From a virus (taxonomy: Duplodnaviria; Caudoviricetes), in the IMG/VR virus record IMGVR_UViG_3300008261_000017, positions 1 to 61,335 of that record: a stretch of DNA of 61,335 bases, one strand, 5' to 3'. Shown here piece by piece: positions 31,301 to 38,780 of this stretch; the first letter of the stretch is position 1, and every line of letters begins with the position of its first letter. The notes beneath the pieces were generated by a model. The model saw only the letters and a program-made list of their open reading frames with translations. It was not told where the DNA came from and ran no database searches. Both the position numbers and the translations under genes were made by a program.

Positions 31301-31434
31301 AAGTTGGGCAGTCTTATGGAGCAACATTAGGTGGAGTAAAAGGTTCTGTTAAATATGATGCAAAAGGAAATAGAACTTTCCAAGCATTACAAAAACCAGC
31401 AGCACCAGCAAAACCACCAAAACCAGCAAAGTGA
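28375..31434 (+). CDS. 1019-aa modular putative internal head polyprotein with RyR-like and HAD-like modules
   Basis: Recurring (S/N)YE(L/V)EG linkers; HQGW...PYSKLPEDEKEKDR; YDVDETL...ITAR...MYDD. Confidence 0.7.
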   Translation: MSSINDIKNLYTQIKVSETKGTLLSEASFDIGPGHKDAQKTQKLYNKGSRTDNPHEKEQFLKRTGPQLPLAKGKSGMQVSSYELEGDLLGEKEDSPYEKASDAALDSRYGYGRASGDKRSFGRAANRASAAAMLRRLRRDRDEGRETSREAGADAVHQGWAHTARTSKDQTPEKKERRAKLADTPYSKLPEDEKEKDRVSADAVRAVYKGRKNKINSNYELEGDQLDEIVGPLLRIGLAAGGGALASKGIQHLQKKANQAIDSARKTTKIGGDNRVPQMNSYEVEGNDVSEENEKSERTGMSRKQTYDMLKGHKYTREDLWSMQKKATKEGDHGMAAGIYDRWKEMNEEIIMLEREMTTDEMKKEKKLKDKYDDSDMKKNMIDKYGEEKGTQIYFATIRKQAMKKSSDKNEEFDMQEEFYAYVIESLVQLEYAEDEDAAETMFEHLSDEILATFAETYLEESGLFPNYHDYVGPYDKKDIKIKNTMKKKGAEYKNNSSLRAKYKKSLADDSDENAPSFNEKGEFVRRKKKTQNEEYIEEKARGTRKKTTVHAYDVDETLFGHGKKGKPNVQVHVNDESGKRVQSLSNQEFNTHKLKPGHKYDFSEFQSAKTFSKTSSPNKKVIKDIKRKQARGQNVHLITARSKFDNPSEFQAHLKKHGVDVDKKNIHYTGGMRGGDIGKKKVDVANAVAKQSGAKSIHMYDDAAKVHRAFEAEKKEKPKSKKIKTHMVAPDKKGEARVRSYQATKNEEMSAYEYWKQFISEAPGGQAKFWDSNMGKFVTKVSDTAKSAGEKVSDTAKSAGEYLAPSPERSAEPSVRAGIRKPTTGFSHVDSIDKAPKPAGPEKAKAKPKAMTSDSGRGGDAAFRAGGGNAALKPGTSRQDVQAKGMAAIRSKPKVGNIPPQEGTGKGSPTDKPVSKVIDAKNIAGKQQKVTTNKAYDVTVGGKKGTATYGDKGQRMIRANIGNAGVNQVAAGKAKVGQSYGATLGGVKGSVKYDAKGNRTFQALQKPAAPAKPPKPAK
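30715..30780 (+). repeat. perfect 33-bp tandem duplication (KVSDTAKSAGE x2)
   Basis: AAGGTTTCCGATACTGCTAAGTCTGCAGGAGAA twice. Confidence 0.95.
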
Positions 31435-31435
31435 T

Positions 31436-32023
31436 ATGAAAACTTTTTTAGAATTTTACGAAGAAGCATCTGGACTTCAAGAAATTTGGAATCCATTTGC
31501 TTCAAAACCAAAACCAGATAAAAAGGTACTTGCATACAAGAACTACAAATCTGGTGAATTGGACAAGTCTACTGGAAAATTTACTCAAAGAGCACATAGT
31601 CCAGAAGAACAGAAACGTTATGGATGGAAACCAGTAAAAGCATCTGTCTATGCTCCTGGTGATAAATTTACTCCAAATAAAACTACCGCAACTGGTGATC
31701 CACACAATTGGACTACTAGAAATGCTGCGGTTCCTTTTAAGCATAAAGAGGGACAAGCACCAAAAGGTCAGGAAGGTAAACCCTCAATTCCATATGGTTC
31801 TAAACTCAGATTAACTTCAAAACCAATGGGTAAAGATACAAAATCAACAACAGCAAAGATTAACGATGTTGGTGATTTTGGTAGAACAGGAAATGTTAAT
31901 AGAGACGTTTCCTTTGATGTATCTCCACAAATTACAAAAGATATTGCAGGCAAAAATACCACTCCAGAAAAGTGGGGTAAGAGAATGGTGTATGCAAAAG
32001 TTACAGCACCACCAAAAAAATGA
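31436..32023 (+). CDS. RlpA-like double-psi beta-barrel protein with capsid-targeting-like N-terminus
   Basis: MKTFLEFYEEA; ASVY...TATGD...AA...PYGS.L.LT...INDVG...FDVS. Confidence 0.65.
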   Translation: MKTFLEFYEEASGLQEIWNPFASKPKPDKKVLAYKNYKSGELDKSTGKFTQRAHSPEEQKRYGWKPVKASVYAPGDKFTPNKTTATGDPHNWTTRNAAVPFKHKEGQAPKGQEGKPSIPYGSKLRLTSKPMGKDTKSTTAKINDVGDFGRTGNVNRDVSFDVSPQITKDIAGKNTTPEKWGKRMVYAKVTAPPKK

Positions 32024-32424
32024 AATTTAATTTTTCATTCGGAAATAAAAAACCAGATAAAAAACAAATTATTATCGTAAGTGTAGTTTGTTCTATACTA
32101 ATAACTACCTTATCTCAGTGTACTGGTGCATCTGAAAATAGTCTTTGGGATTTATTGGATGAGATTCAAAGAAAGTATTTTCCACAAACAGTCTTAAATG
32201 AGGTGATTCGTCAAGACCCTAATAAGATAGAAAGAAGAGTTGAACGTGATGTGAATAATGCGATAAGACAAGTTACTCCAGAATATGATCGTATTATTGA
32301 AGAATCAAACAAAAAATATAAACCAAAGTATGTAGAAAAAGAATCTGATGGTAGCGAAGCACAAAAATTACTTGGTGGAGAGATGAGAATTTGTGCTCCT
32401 TGGGTGAGTGATTGCACCAATTAA
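32020..32424 (+). CDS. hypothetical membrane-anchored protein
   Basis: N-terminal hydrophobic helix; LWDLLDEIQR. Confidence 0.7.
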   Translation: MKFNFSFGNKKPDKKQIIIVSVVCSILITTLSQCTGASENSLWDLLDEIQRKYFPQTVLNEVIRQDPNKIERRVERDVNNAIRQVTPEYDRIIEESNKKYKPKYVEKESDGSEAQKLLGGEMRICAPWVSDCTN

Positions 32425-32492
32425 TAATAGTGCTAAGGTTAAATAAAGAATAAATATATTTATAAAGAGTACTTTTTACTACCCTCGGTAAG

Positions 32493-34223
32493 ATGAATAA
32501 GGAAGATTTTGGTGCGGTTAAAAATTTATATGAAAGTATTATTAATGAAGCTCCTTTGAGGGACGAACCACTATGGGATGGACCAGGCAATAACAGACCA
32601 GCAGGACCAGAAAAGGCAAAACCAAAACCTTCTGCGCCTGGAAATGAAAAACCAGGATACTCTGGTCCTCCTACACCAGGAACAGAGACTGCTCCACTAA
32701 AACCAACTTCTGTAAAACCTGCTAAACCAGGAACATCATCACCTGCGAATGCAACAACTGCACAGAAAATTAAAGGTGGGATGGAAGTTTATAAGTCTCA
32801 AATCAAATCAGGAAATACCAAAGGTGCAGAAGAGACTGGAAAAGCAACTTGGGCATTAAAAAACCCAACACTTGCAGCAAAGGTAAATGCTGATGGGACT
32901 CAGAAGGGAACTGGACAAAGCAAAATGTCTCAGCAAGCTGCAGAGTTAAGAGATATGCAGAAGGCATCTCAAGGAAGGCAGCAAGGTGCAAATGTTATAA
33001 GTGATAGGGTTACAAGTGTAAGAAAGGATGTTGAGAGATTCAACAAACCAGAAGTCCTAAATAAACCAGCACCTGCTGGATCTGCTCTTGCAGCACAGCA
33101 AGCACAACAAGCAAAAGCAAAAGCAACTGCAGCAGCATCTGCAGTAAAACCAACACCTTCAACATCACCAATCAAAAAACCAGGTGCGGTGATGAGTTCA
33201 TTCGAGTGGGGAACTATGTCAACAATCAAAGATGTCTCAAATTTATATGCTTCAATCTATGAAGGAAAGAAAAAGGACCAAGATGGTGATAAGGATAAAG
33301 ACTTTGCAGATGTAATGATTGCAAGAATGATGGCATCTGGAATGTCAAGAGCAGAAGCAATCGCAGCAGTCAAGAATAAGGAATATAATGAAGAGTTTGT
33401 AACTGAAGACCCAGTACAAGACTTTAGAGATATGAGGAGAGCAAAGGAAAATGCTGCAGGATTGAGAGGTTCCGAACTATCTAATAGTGCTAGACCTGCA
33501 GGGTCGGCAGCACAAAAACCACAACCAAGAAGCAGAGAATTTGAAAAGGTTCTTCCTTCTGGCAGTAAACCCAAACCATCTGGTGGTGGAAGTGCGGCAA
33601 TGAGAACAACAGGACCTTCATCACCTGGGTACGATACAAGAAGATTGGGTGGTTCTGATTTGAGAAGACTTTCGAATTCTTATGAATTTGAGGGGAGTAT
33701 GGTTGATGAAGCAACCAGAATGAGAAAGGAACTCGGTAAGGAAGGTGAAACTGCAACTCGTAAAGAACTTGCGGCACGTTCTAAAGCATACAATCGTTCT
33801 GGTAGTGTAGATAAGACCATCGCAGCAGCGGAGAGAGGTGCTGCCCGTCCTTATATCAAGCACAAACGTGATGAGTCTGATGAAGACCGTAAGAAGAGAG
33901 AAGAGAAGCAAAGCAGAACTTTAAGAGGACTTGCATCATCAAGAAGAGGTTCAGTAAGAGATAAACCTAGAGTAAGTTTAAGAGGTTATGCCGCTAAGGT
34001 AGAAGGTTCTGATAGGGACTTACAAAGAGCAAGATCAAGTGCAATGTCTGCGGGAACTCTAACTCCAAAAGAGAAGAAGCAATTGGGTGAAGAATATGCA
34101 GTTTATGAGATTGTAGCATCATACCTTTTAGAGAACAATTTTGCAGAAACACTCAACGATGCAAATGTAATTATTGAAAATATGAGTGAAACTTGGGTTG
34201 CTCAAATTTTAGAGTCTTTTTGA
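32493..34223 (+). CDS. 576-aa modular putative internal head polyprotein
   Basis: VKNLYESIINEA, SNLYASIYEG, DQDGDKDKDFAD, NSYEFEG, C-terminal YLLE..FAET...MSE.W; AATAAATA upstream. Confidence 0.65.
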   Translation: MNKEDFGAVKNLYESIINEAPLRDEPLWDGPGNNRPAGPEKAKPKPSAPGNEKPGYSGPPTPGTETAPLKPTSVKPAKPGTSSPANATTAQKIKGGMEVYKSQIKSGNTKGAEETGKATWALKNPTLAAKVNADGTQKGTGQSKMSQQAAELRDMQKASQGRQQGANVISDRVTSVRKDVERFNKPEVLNKPAPAGSALAAQQAQQAKAKATAAASAVKPTPSTSPIKKPGAVMSSFEWGTMSTIKDVSNLYASIYEGKKKDQDGDKDKDFADVMIARMMASGMSRAEAIAAVKNKEYNEEFVTEDPVQDFRDMRRAKENAAGLRGSELSNSARPAGSAAQKPQPRSREFEKVLPSGSKPKPSGGGSAAMRTTGPSSPGYDTRRLGGSDLRRLSNSYEFEGSMVDEATRMRKELGKEGETATRKELAARSKAYNRSGSVDKTIAAAERGAARPYIKHKRDESDEDRKKREEKQSRTLRGLASSRRGSVRDKPRVSLRGYAAKVEGSDRDLQRARSSAMSAGTLTPKEKKQLGEEYAVYEIVASYLLENNFAETLNDANVIIENMSETWVAQILESF

Positions 34224-34245
34224 GTGATAGATTTCACATAATTTT

Positions 34246-34298
34246 ACACCCTCTTGACGGGGGTGTTTTTTTATGACTAAAATGACTCTGTGGAGTTT
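34246..34298 (+). promoter_or_regulatory. terminator plus sigma70 promoter with downstream shared motif
   Basis: ACACCCTC-TTGAC-GGGGGTGT plus T-run; TTGACG-N18-TAAAAT then GACTCTGTGGAGTTT. Confidence 0.65.
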
Positions 34299-34343
34299 CA
34301 AGAATAATCTAGGTTCTAAATAGCTCAAAATAGATTACTTACT

Positions 34344-34769
34344 ATGAGTTATGAAAACCCTTGGAGATTCAATGGGGAAATTTTTGAGTCTGATAATATT
34401 CAAGATAATTTTGGTTTTGTTTATCTTATACACTGCATTCCGACTGGTCGCAAGTATATTGGTCGAAAGTATTTCTGGAGTTTCCGCACACCAAGAGGAA
34501 AATCTAGAAAGGTTAAGTCGGAGTCCGATTGGAAAAAGTATTACGGTTCCTGTCCTGAACTCAAAGACGATGTTAACCTTTGGGGAAAAACATCCTTCAA
34601 CAGAAGCATACTTAGCCTCCATAAAACAAAAGGAAAATGCAACTATGAAGAAACCAGACAACTCTTTGTAAATAATGTCTTGACAGAAGCACTTGACGAT
34701 GGGACTCCTGCGTATTATAATTCGAATGTCCTAGGAAGATATTATCGGAAGGATTACTTTAATGAATGA
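34344..34769 (+). CDS. GIY-YIG-like nuclease domain protein
   Basis: GFVYLI...KYIGRK...YYGS...YYN. Confidence 0.8.
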   Translation: MSYENPWRFNGEIFESDNIQDNFGFVYLIHCIPTGRKYIGRKYFWSFRTPRGKSRKVKSESDWKKYYGSCPELKDDVNLWGKTSFNRSILSLHKTKGKCNYEETRQLFVNNVLTEALDDGTPAYYNSNVLGRYYRKDYFNE

Positions 34770-34959
34770 CCTAAAAGTTAAGAAAGTCTGCAATAGTCTT
34801 ATTCAAGAACACATTAATCGTATGCATGAATTGTGTGATGAAGGTCGAATTAAAGACGCTGAAAGTGTTTATGGTGAGATTCGAGACTGGGTAATTCAAA
34901 AAGAAAATCTAGAAGTAATGTCTTTGGACTATATAAGTGGTTATTTTTGCGATTTTTAA
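34762..34959 (+). CDS. small hypothetical
   Basis: ORF track; coupled to previous gene. Confidence 0.65.
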   Translation: MNDLKVKKVCNSLIQEHINRMHELCDEGRIKDAESVYGEIRDWVIQKENLEVMSLDYISGYFCDF

Positions 34960-35016
34960 GTCAAACTAAATAATCACTTATAATGATATACATCATGAGA
35001 GTTTGAGGTGAAAATT

Positions 35017-35080
35017 AGAGCCGTGGAGATTGCCTTCTGAGAAGAGGGATGTGCGCTTTCTCTATACGGATGTAGAGTTC
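35017..35080 (+). ncRNA. candidate structured 5' leader RNA
   Basis: GC-richer island with CCTTCT-GAGA-AGAGGG and CTCTATA-CGGA-TGTAGAG hairpins. Confidence 0.45.
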
Positions 35081-35091
35081 AATTAATTTTA

Positions 35092-35757
35092 ATGCAAAAC
35101 ATCTTTACTGTAGCCCTGCCCCTTCTGGCAACGGTTACAACCAATGCGGCAACACTGCCATTCGTCAACTACAAGATGCAAGGACCTCCACCTCCAGTGG
35201 AACAAAAAATTTCCTTGAATGAGATTAAAAATTTGAATCTTGTAGATGAAAAGAAGACAGCAATCCGAGAGGTTGCTCCCGAAAAGCCAAAAGAGAAAAG
35301 GCTAATTTGTAAAGGGTGTTCACAACATGAACAACTTGCTCTGGATTTTTTCCAAGATCAAGGAATCAAAGACAGAAACGCCCTTGCTACCATTATGGGC
35401 AATATTAAGCAAGAATCTATGTTCGTGCCTAATATTTGTGAAGGTGGTAGTAGGACTAGTTGGAATAACTGCTATGGCGGTTATGGACTAATCCAATGGA
35501 CATCTGCCAATCGTTATTATGGATTGGGTGATTTTGCTAAGAGGTATGGTGGTTCTCCATCAGACCTTGACACGCAACTTCGTTATCTAACTAATGAAGT
35601 TCAATGGAAACGAATTGAAGATAGAATGAAAATGCCTGGAAAATCTATCAATCGTTACATGGACTATGCGTACAGTTGGATTGGTTGGGGTATTCATGGA
35701 TCCCGTACACATTATGCTCATGAGTATGCCAACAAACTGATTACGGTAGAAGTTTGA
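35092..35757 (+). CDS. phage tail-type lysozyme (Phage_lysozyme2-like) with signal peptide
   Basis: ATIMGNIKQES, GYGLIQWT, TQLRYL. Confidence 0.8.
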   Translation: MQNIFTVALPLLATVTTNAATLPFVNYKMQGPPPPVEQKISLNEIKNLNLVDEKKTAIREVAPEKPKEKRLICKGCSQHEQLALDFFQDQGIKDRNALATIMGNIKQESMFVPNICEGGSRTSWNNCYGGYGLIQWTSANRYYGLGDFAKRYGGSPSDLDTQLRYLTNEVQWKRIEDRMKMPGKSINRYMDYAYSWIGWGIHGSRTHYAHEYANKLITVEV

Positions 35758-35829
35758 CAAACTGAATAGAGTGGGGGAGTTTGTAGATTCTTCTCCCCCC
35801 TTGACAGGTTGCTTTATAATATAATAATT

Positions 35830-35900
35830 GCGGACATGGTGTAGAGGTAACACGTCATCCTTCCAAGTTGAAATCACGAGTTCGATCCTCGTTGTCCGCT
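35830..35900 (+). tRNA. trnG: tRNA-Gly(TCC), CCA not encoded
   Basis: Acceptor GCGGACA/TGTCCGC, anticodon loop CTTCCAA, T-loop TTCGATC. Confidence 0.93.
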
Positions 35901-35923
35901 TACTATTAAATTGGAATAGAAAA

Positions 35924-36175
35924 ATGTTAAAAGTAAGATGTAAAAATTGCAACATAGAGTTAGAGTCACATTCAACACAATCAAAATGTTGTGGTTGCGA
36001 TAATATGACTACAATTAATAATGAAAAAATTAGTGCTTTAGACTTGTCTTTAGTTGAAATGATTAGTTCCAATAAAGGAAAGGAAACTAAATCAGTTTTA
36101 ACTAGAGAAGATTTGATGTATCAAGAAGCAAGAAGAAATAGAAAAGTAAGAAAGTTAGATTTTGAGATTCGCTAA
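35924..36175 (+). CDS. small Cys-rich hypothetical
   Basis: CKNC...CCGCDN; start moved downstream of tRNA. Confidence 0.75.
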   Translation: MLKVRCKNCNIELESHSTQSKCCGCDNMTTINNEKISALDLSLVEMISSNKGKETKSVLTREDLMYQEARRNRKVRKLDFEIR

Positions 36176-36276
36176 AAATTTAATAATGTCTTAATGAGTG
36201 TGTCGTATTGAACACAAATTGTTGACGTTTGAGGTTCGGTAATTAGTATATAGTAGTATACTAATTTTAAAGACCT

Positions 36277-36426
36277 ATGGATCAGCACACCTATGACAAT
36301 TGGGTGAAGATCAAGGAGACCTTCGAACAGTCTGGCAATACAGACAATATGTTTTACAAAAGAGCTTGTGTAATTGTAAAAACCCGAAGAGACCCACTCG
36401 CAAAGTTTCTCGGAGATGAAAAATGA
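36277..36426 (+). CDS. small hypothetical, 49 aa (not in ORF track)
   Basis: MDQHTYDNWVKIKETFEQSGNTDNMFYKRA...; overlaps next ATG. Confidence 0.75.
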   Translation: MDQHTYDNWVKIKETFEQSGNTDNMFYKRACVIVKTRRDPLAKFLGDEK

Positions 36427-36626
36427 TGCACGAACAAGAAGAATTTATTACTAGAACTGAAGTCCAGGAGATGATTGATGCTGCTATACGACAGCACAAT
36501 AGAAATGCTTCCATTATTAGTATGTGTGTTGGTTGGGTGGTTCTTGCTTTATTTGCTGAAGGACTTCTAAGACTAATTGGAGTAATTCCACCTGTATTCC
36601 CATGGTTGAACATTACTCTCCAATAA
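36423..36626 (+). CDS. small membrane protein
   Basis: QEMIDAAIRQHNRNASIIS plus TM helix. Confidence 0.75.
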   Translation: MMHEQEEFITRTEVQEMIDAAIRQHNRNASIISMCVGWVVLALFAEGLLRLIGVIPPVFPWLNITLQ

Positions 36627-36895
36627 TATTTTTAGTTCCCTGGTTTGTTCTAGTTGCGATTGCATTATCAATGATTGTGCAGGGGTGGATGATTATGAAT
36701 GCTCATCATGGGTATTCAAAAAGTCCAAAGGTTAAGCATCCAGAAATGAACGACGTAAAAGCAGGAGACCCACTACTAGTGATTAAGTTTACAGACGAAG
36801 ACTTAGAACAATTACAAAGAAAAGTTCTTCAACAAAAAATGGAGGAACTTTTTGAAGAACCATCTACCTATGAGGATGAAGAAAATGACGAGTGA
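36602..36895 (+). CDS. DUF2973-like membrane protein
   Basis: TM helix then KHPEM...GDPLLVIKF. Confidence 0.7.
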   Translation: MVEHYSPIIFLVPWFVLVAIALSMIVQGWMIMNAHHGYSKSPKVKHPEMNDVKAGDPLLVIKFTDEDLEQLQRKVLQQKMEELFEEPSTYEDEENDE

Positions 36896-37010
36896 AGATT
36901 GGATTATTTTTATTTCATTTGTCTCGCATTTACTTTATATGTTTGTAGCATTTATGTGTGGAATGATTATTGGGTATATTGTTGGATTTAGAAACGGAAA
37001 CGGAGAATAA
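36885..37010 (+). CDS. single-TM microprotein, 41 aa (not in ORF track)
   Basis: MTSEDWIIF...AFMCGMIIGYIVGFRNGNGE. Confidence 0.6.
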   Translation: MTSEDWIIFISFVSHLLYMFVAFMCGMIIGYIVGFRNGNGE

Positions 37011-37014
37011 TTTT

Positions 37015-37104
37015 ATGGGAAACTTAATTTTTTCAACGGGTTGTATTTTTTCAATAATTGTAATTTTTATTTATTGGGGTCTCAACAACGCATATCCACA
37101 ATGA
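37015..37104 (+). CDS. NdhQ-like microprotein, 29 aa (not in ORF track)
   Basis: MGNLIFSTGCIFSIIVIFIYWGLNNAYPQ resembles NdhQ TM/C-terminus (..LIWWALHTAY); ATGA overlap. Confidence 0.55.
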   Translation: MGNLIFSTGCIFSIIVIFIYWGLNNAYPQ

Positions 37105-37292
37105 AACACGCACTCATTCTTAGTTTATGTTTTTTGCCTTTAGCAATTATCTACATAATAATGAAACTATCTTTATGGTTATCGACTAGTGTATCTGAAG
37201 TAAAATATGTCAGAGAAGATGCTAAACAACCACATGGACCCTACCTGGAAAATGCATATGCAGACATTGATGAAAATGAAGAGACAGATTGA
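37101..37292 (+). CDS. single-TM small protein
   Basis: MKHALILSLCFLPLAIIYI...HGPY. Confidence 0.65.
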   Translation: MKHALILSLCFLPLAIIYIIMKLSLWLSTSVSEVKYVREDAKQPHGPYLENAYADIDENEETD

Positions 37293-37425
37293 AACTAAAG
37301 AGATTATTGAAACTGCAATAGAAGAGTGGTATTTCGAAAACGGAAAAGAAATTCCCAATTGGAAAATAAACAAGGACCCTCAGTGGTGGATTGATTATTT
37401 AAAAGAATTGGAAAAAGATAGATAA
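37276..37425 (+). CDS. small Trp-rich hypothetical
   Basis: IPNWK..KDPQWWIDYL. Confidence 0.6.
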   Translation: MKRQIETKEIIETAIEEWYFENGKEIPNWKINKDPQWWIDYLKELEKDR

Positions 37426-37429
37426 AACT

Positions 37430-37636
37430 ATGAAACCAGAACATAGATGTTGGAACTTTGTTATGTCTTCTTTTGCTAGAATTTATGGTGTTAATAAGGC
37501 AAAAAGTGACGAAAGAATTCATGCATTTTCATTAGAATGGTGTGATGAAAACAATTATAGTTGCAATATTCATTTAGATGATTTGAGAAAAGTTGATGCT
37601 TATTTCAAACAACAATACGAAAATTGGGAGAGTTAA
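37430..37636 (+). CDS. small hypothetical
   Basis: ORF track; abuts gnd. Confidence 0.65.
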   Translation: MKPEHRCWNFVMSSFARIYGVNKAKSDERIHAFSLEWCDENNYSCNIHLDDLRKVDAYFKQQYENWES

Positions 37637-38671
37637 ATGAAAGTAGGATTGATTGGACTGGGACGCATGGGAGAAGGAATGTCCCGTCGTATGATGAAAG
37701 CAGGTATAGAAGTTTGGGGGTATCGAAGGAGTTATGAAAAAGCAAATGAAGCATATGAAAAGGGATATGTGGATGGAATTACAACTACTATTGAAAATCT
37801 TGTTAAAGTAGTTAAACAAAATAAAAATGGCAAATATCAACCAGGCATATTTCAGATGGTTGTCCCTGCCGAAACTGTAGAGGAGACAATCAATGAGTTA
37901 TTACGATATTGTAGTGAAGGAGATATTATTATTGATCATGGCAATAGCAATTTTAAGGACAGTAGGAAAAGAGCAGAACGTCTGGCAAAAATTGGTATCC
38001 AATATATTGATTGTGGCACTAGCGGTGGTGTTTACGGTTTGGATCGTGGATACTGTCTTATGGTTGGTGGCGGAAATACTGCGGTCTCCACTTGTGCGAG
38101 GATTTTTGATGCCCTCTCTCCAGGAATCAACGCTGCCCCAAGGACTCAATTTGACTCGGACATAACCTCTGCAGAACATGGGTGGTTGCATTGTGGTGGT
38201 CCTGGTGCGGGGCATTTTGTAAAGATGGTGCATAATGGTATCGAGTATGGTATTATGCAGGCATACGCAGAAGGATTTAATATTATTAAAAATGCAAACG
38301 CAGGTGCAAAGTATGTTAAGGAAGGAGATGCCGAGGTTGCTCCAATGGCAGATCCAGAAAGTTATTGCTATGATATTGACGTTGCTGAGGTGGCTGAGTT
38401 ATGGCGTAGGGGTAGTGTTGTTGGGTCTTGGTTACTTGACCTTACCGCTGATGTTTTACGGAATGATGGTCAACTTAAACAGTTCTCTGGAGGGGTATCC
38501 GACAGTGGTGAGGGTCGTTGGACTGTTTCTGCCGCTGTGGACCTTGGTGTACCTGCCCCTGTCATTACCACTGCGCTTTTTGAAAGATTTAATTCACGCA
38601 ATCTGGGCACTTTCGCAGCCAAGATTTTGAATGGTATGAGATACATGTTTGGTGGTCATCATGTTAGGTAA
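37637..38671 (+). CDS. gnd: 6-phosphogluconate dehydrogenase (decarboxylating, short type)
   Basis: GLGRMG, DCGTSGG, GHFVKMVHNGIEYG, SGEGRWT, FGGH. Confidence 0.97.
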   Translation: MKVGLIGLGRMGEGMSRRMMKAGIEVWGYRRSYEKANEAYEKGYVDGITTTIENLVKVVKQNKNGKYQPGIFQMVVPAETVEETINELLRYCSEGDIIIDHGNSNFKDSRKRAERLAKIGIQYIDCGTSGGVYGLDRGYCLMVGGGNTAVSTCARIFDALSPGINAAPRTQFDSDITSAEHGWLHCGGPGAGHFVKMVHNGIEYGIMQAYAEGFNIIKNANAGAKYVKEGDAEVAPMADPESYCYDIDVAEVAELWRRGSVVGSWLLDLTADVLRNDGQLKQFSGGVSDSGEGRWTVSAAVDLGVPAPVITTALFERFNSRNLGTFAAKILNGMRYMFGGHHVR

Positions 38672-38780
38672 GGCACTTTTATTTGTTGCTATTCCTTTTG
38701 TATTATCTACTCTTTATTTTGGGACAAAGGGGGGTTATTATGATTCTGACGATTATAAAGGAAATGGAACAGCACACTAA
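38661..38780 (+). CDS. ndhP: NDH-1 subunit NdhP homolog, 39 aa (not in ORF track)
   Basis: MLGKALLFVAIPFVLSTLYFGTKGGYYDSDDYKGNGTAH matches NdhP signature FGT..G.YD.D.Y.GNG.AH. Confidence 0.85.
   Translation: MLGKALLFVAIPFVLSTLYFGTKGGYYDSDDYKGNGTAH

Noticed and set aside
34344-34769. Mobile homing endonuclease
   Set aside because: Short, with no evident DNA-binding tail; resembles a conserved core GIY-YIG-like gene of T4-like phages
35856-35872. U-U mismatch in the anticodon stem as a sign of a tRNA pseudogene
   Set aside because: The rest of the cloverleaf is intact, and one mismatch is insufficient evidence
35828-35923. N-terminal extension of the 115-aa ORF, and the antisense 161-aa ORF (35587-36072)
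   Set aside because: Both overlap tRNA-Gly; ATG 35924 gives a sensible gene
36201-36216. NtcA-like site TGTC-N8-CACA
   Set aside because: Mismatches in both halves of GTA-N8-TAC; too weak to call
38683-38763. TTG-start extension of the 79-aa ORF
   Set aside because: This region is explained by ndhP in another frame
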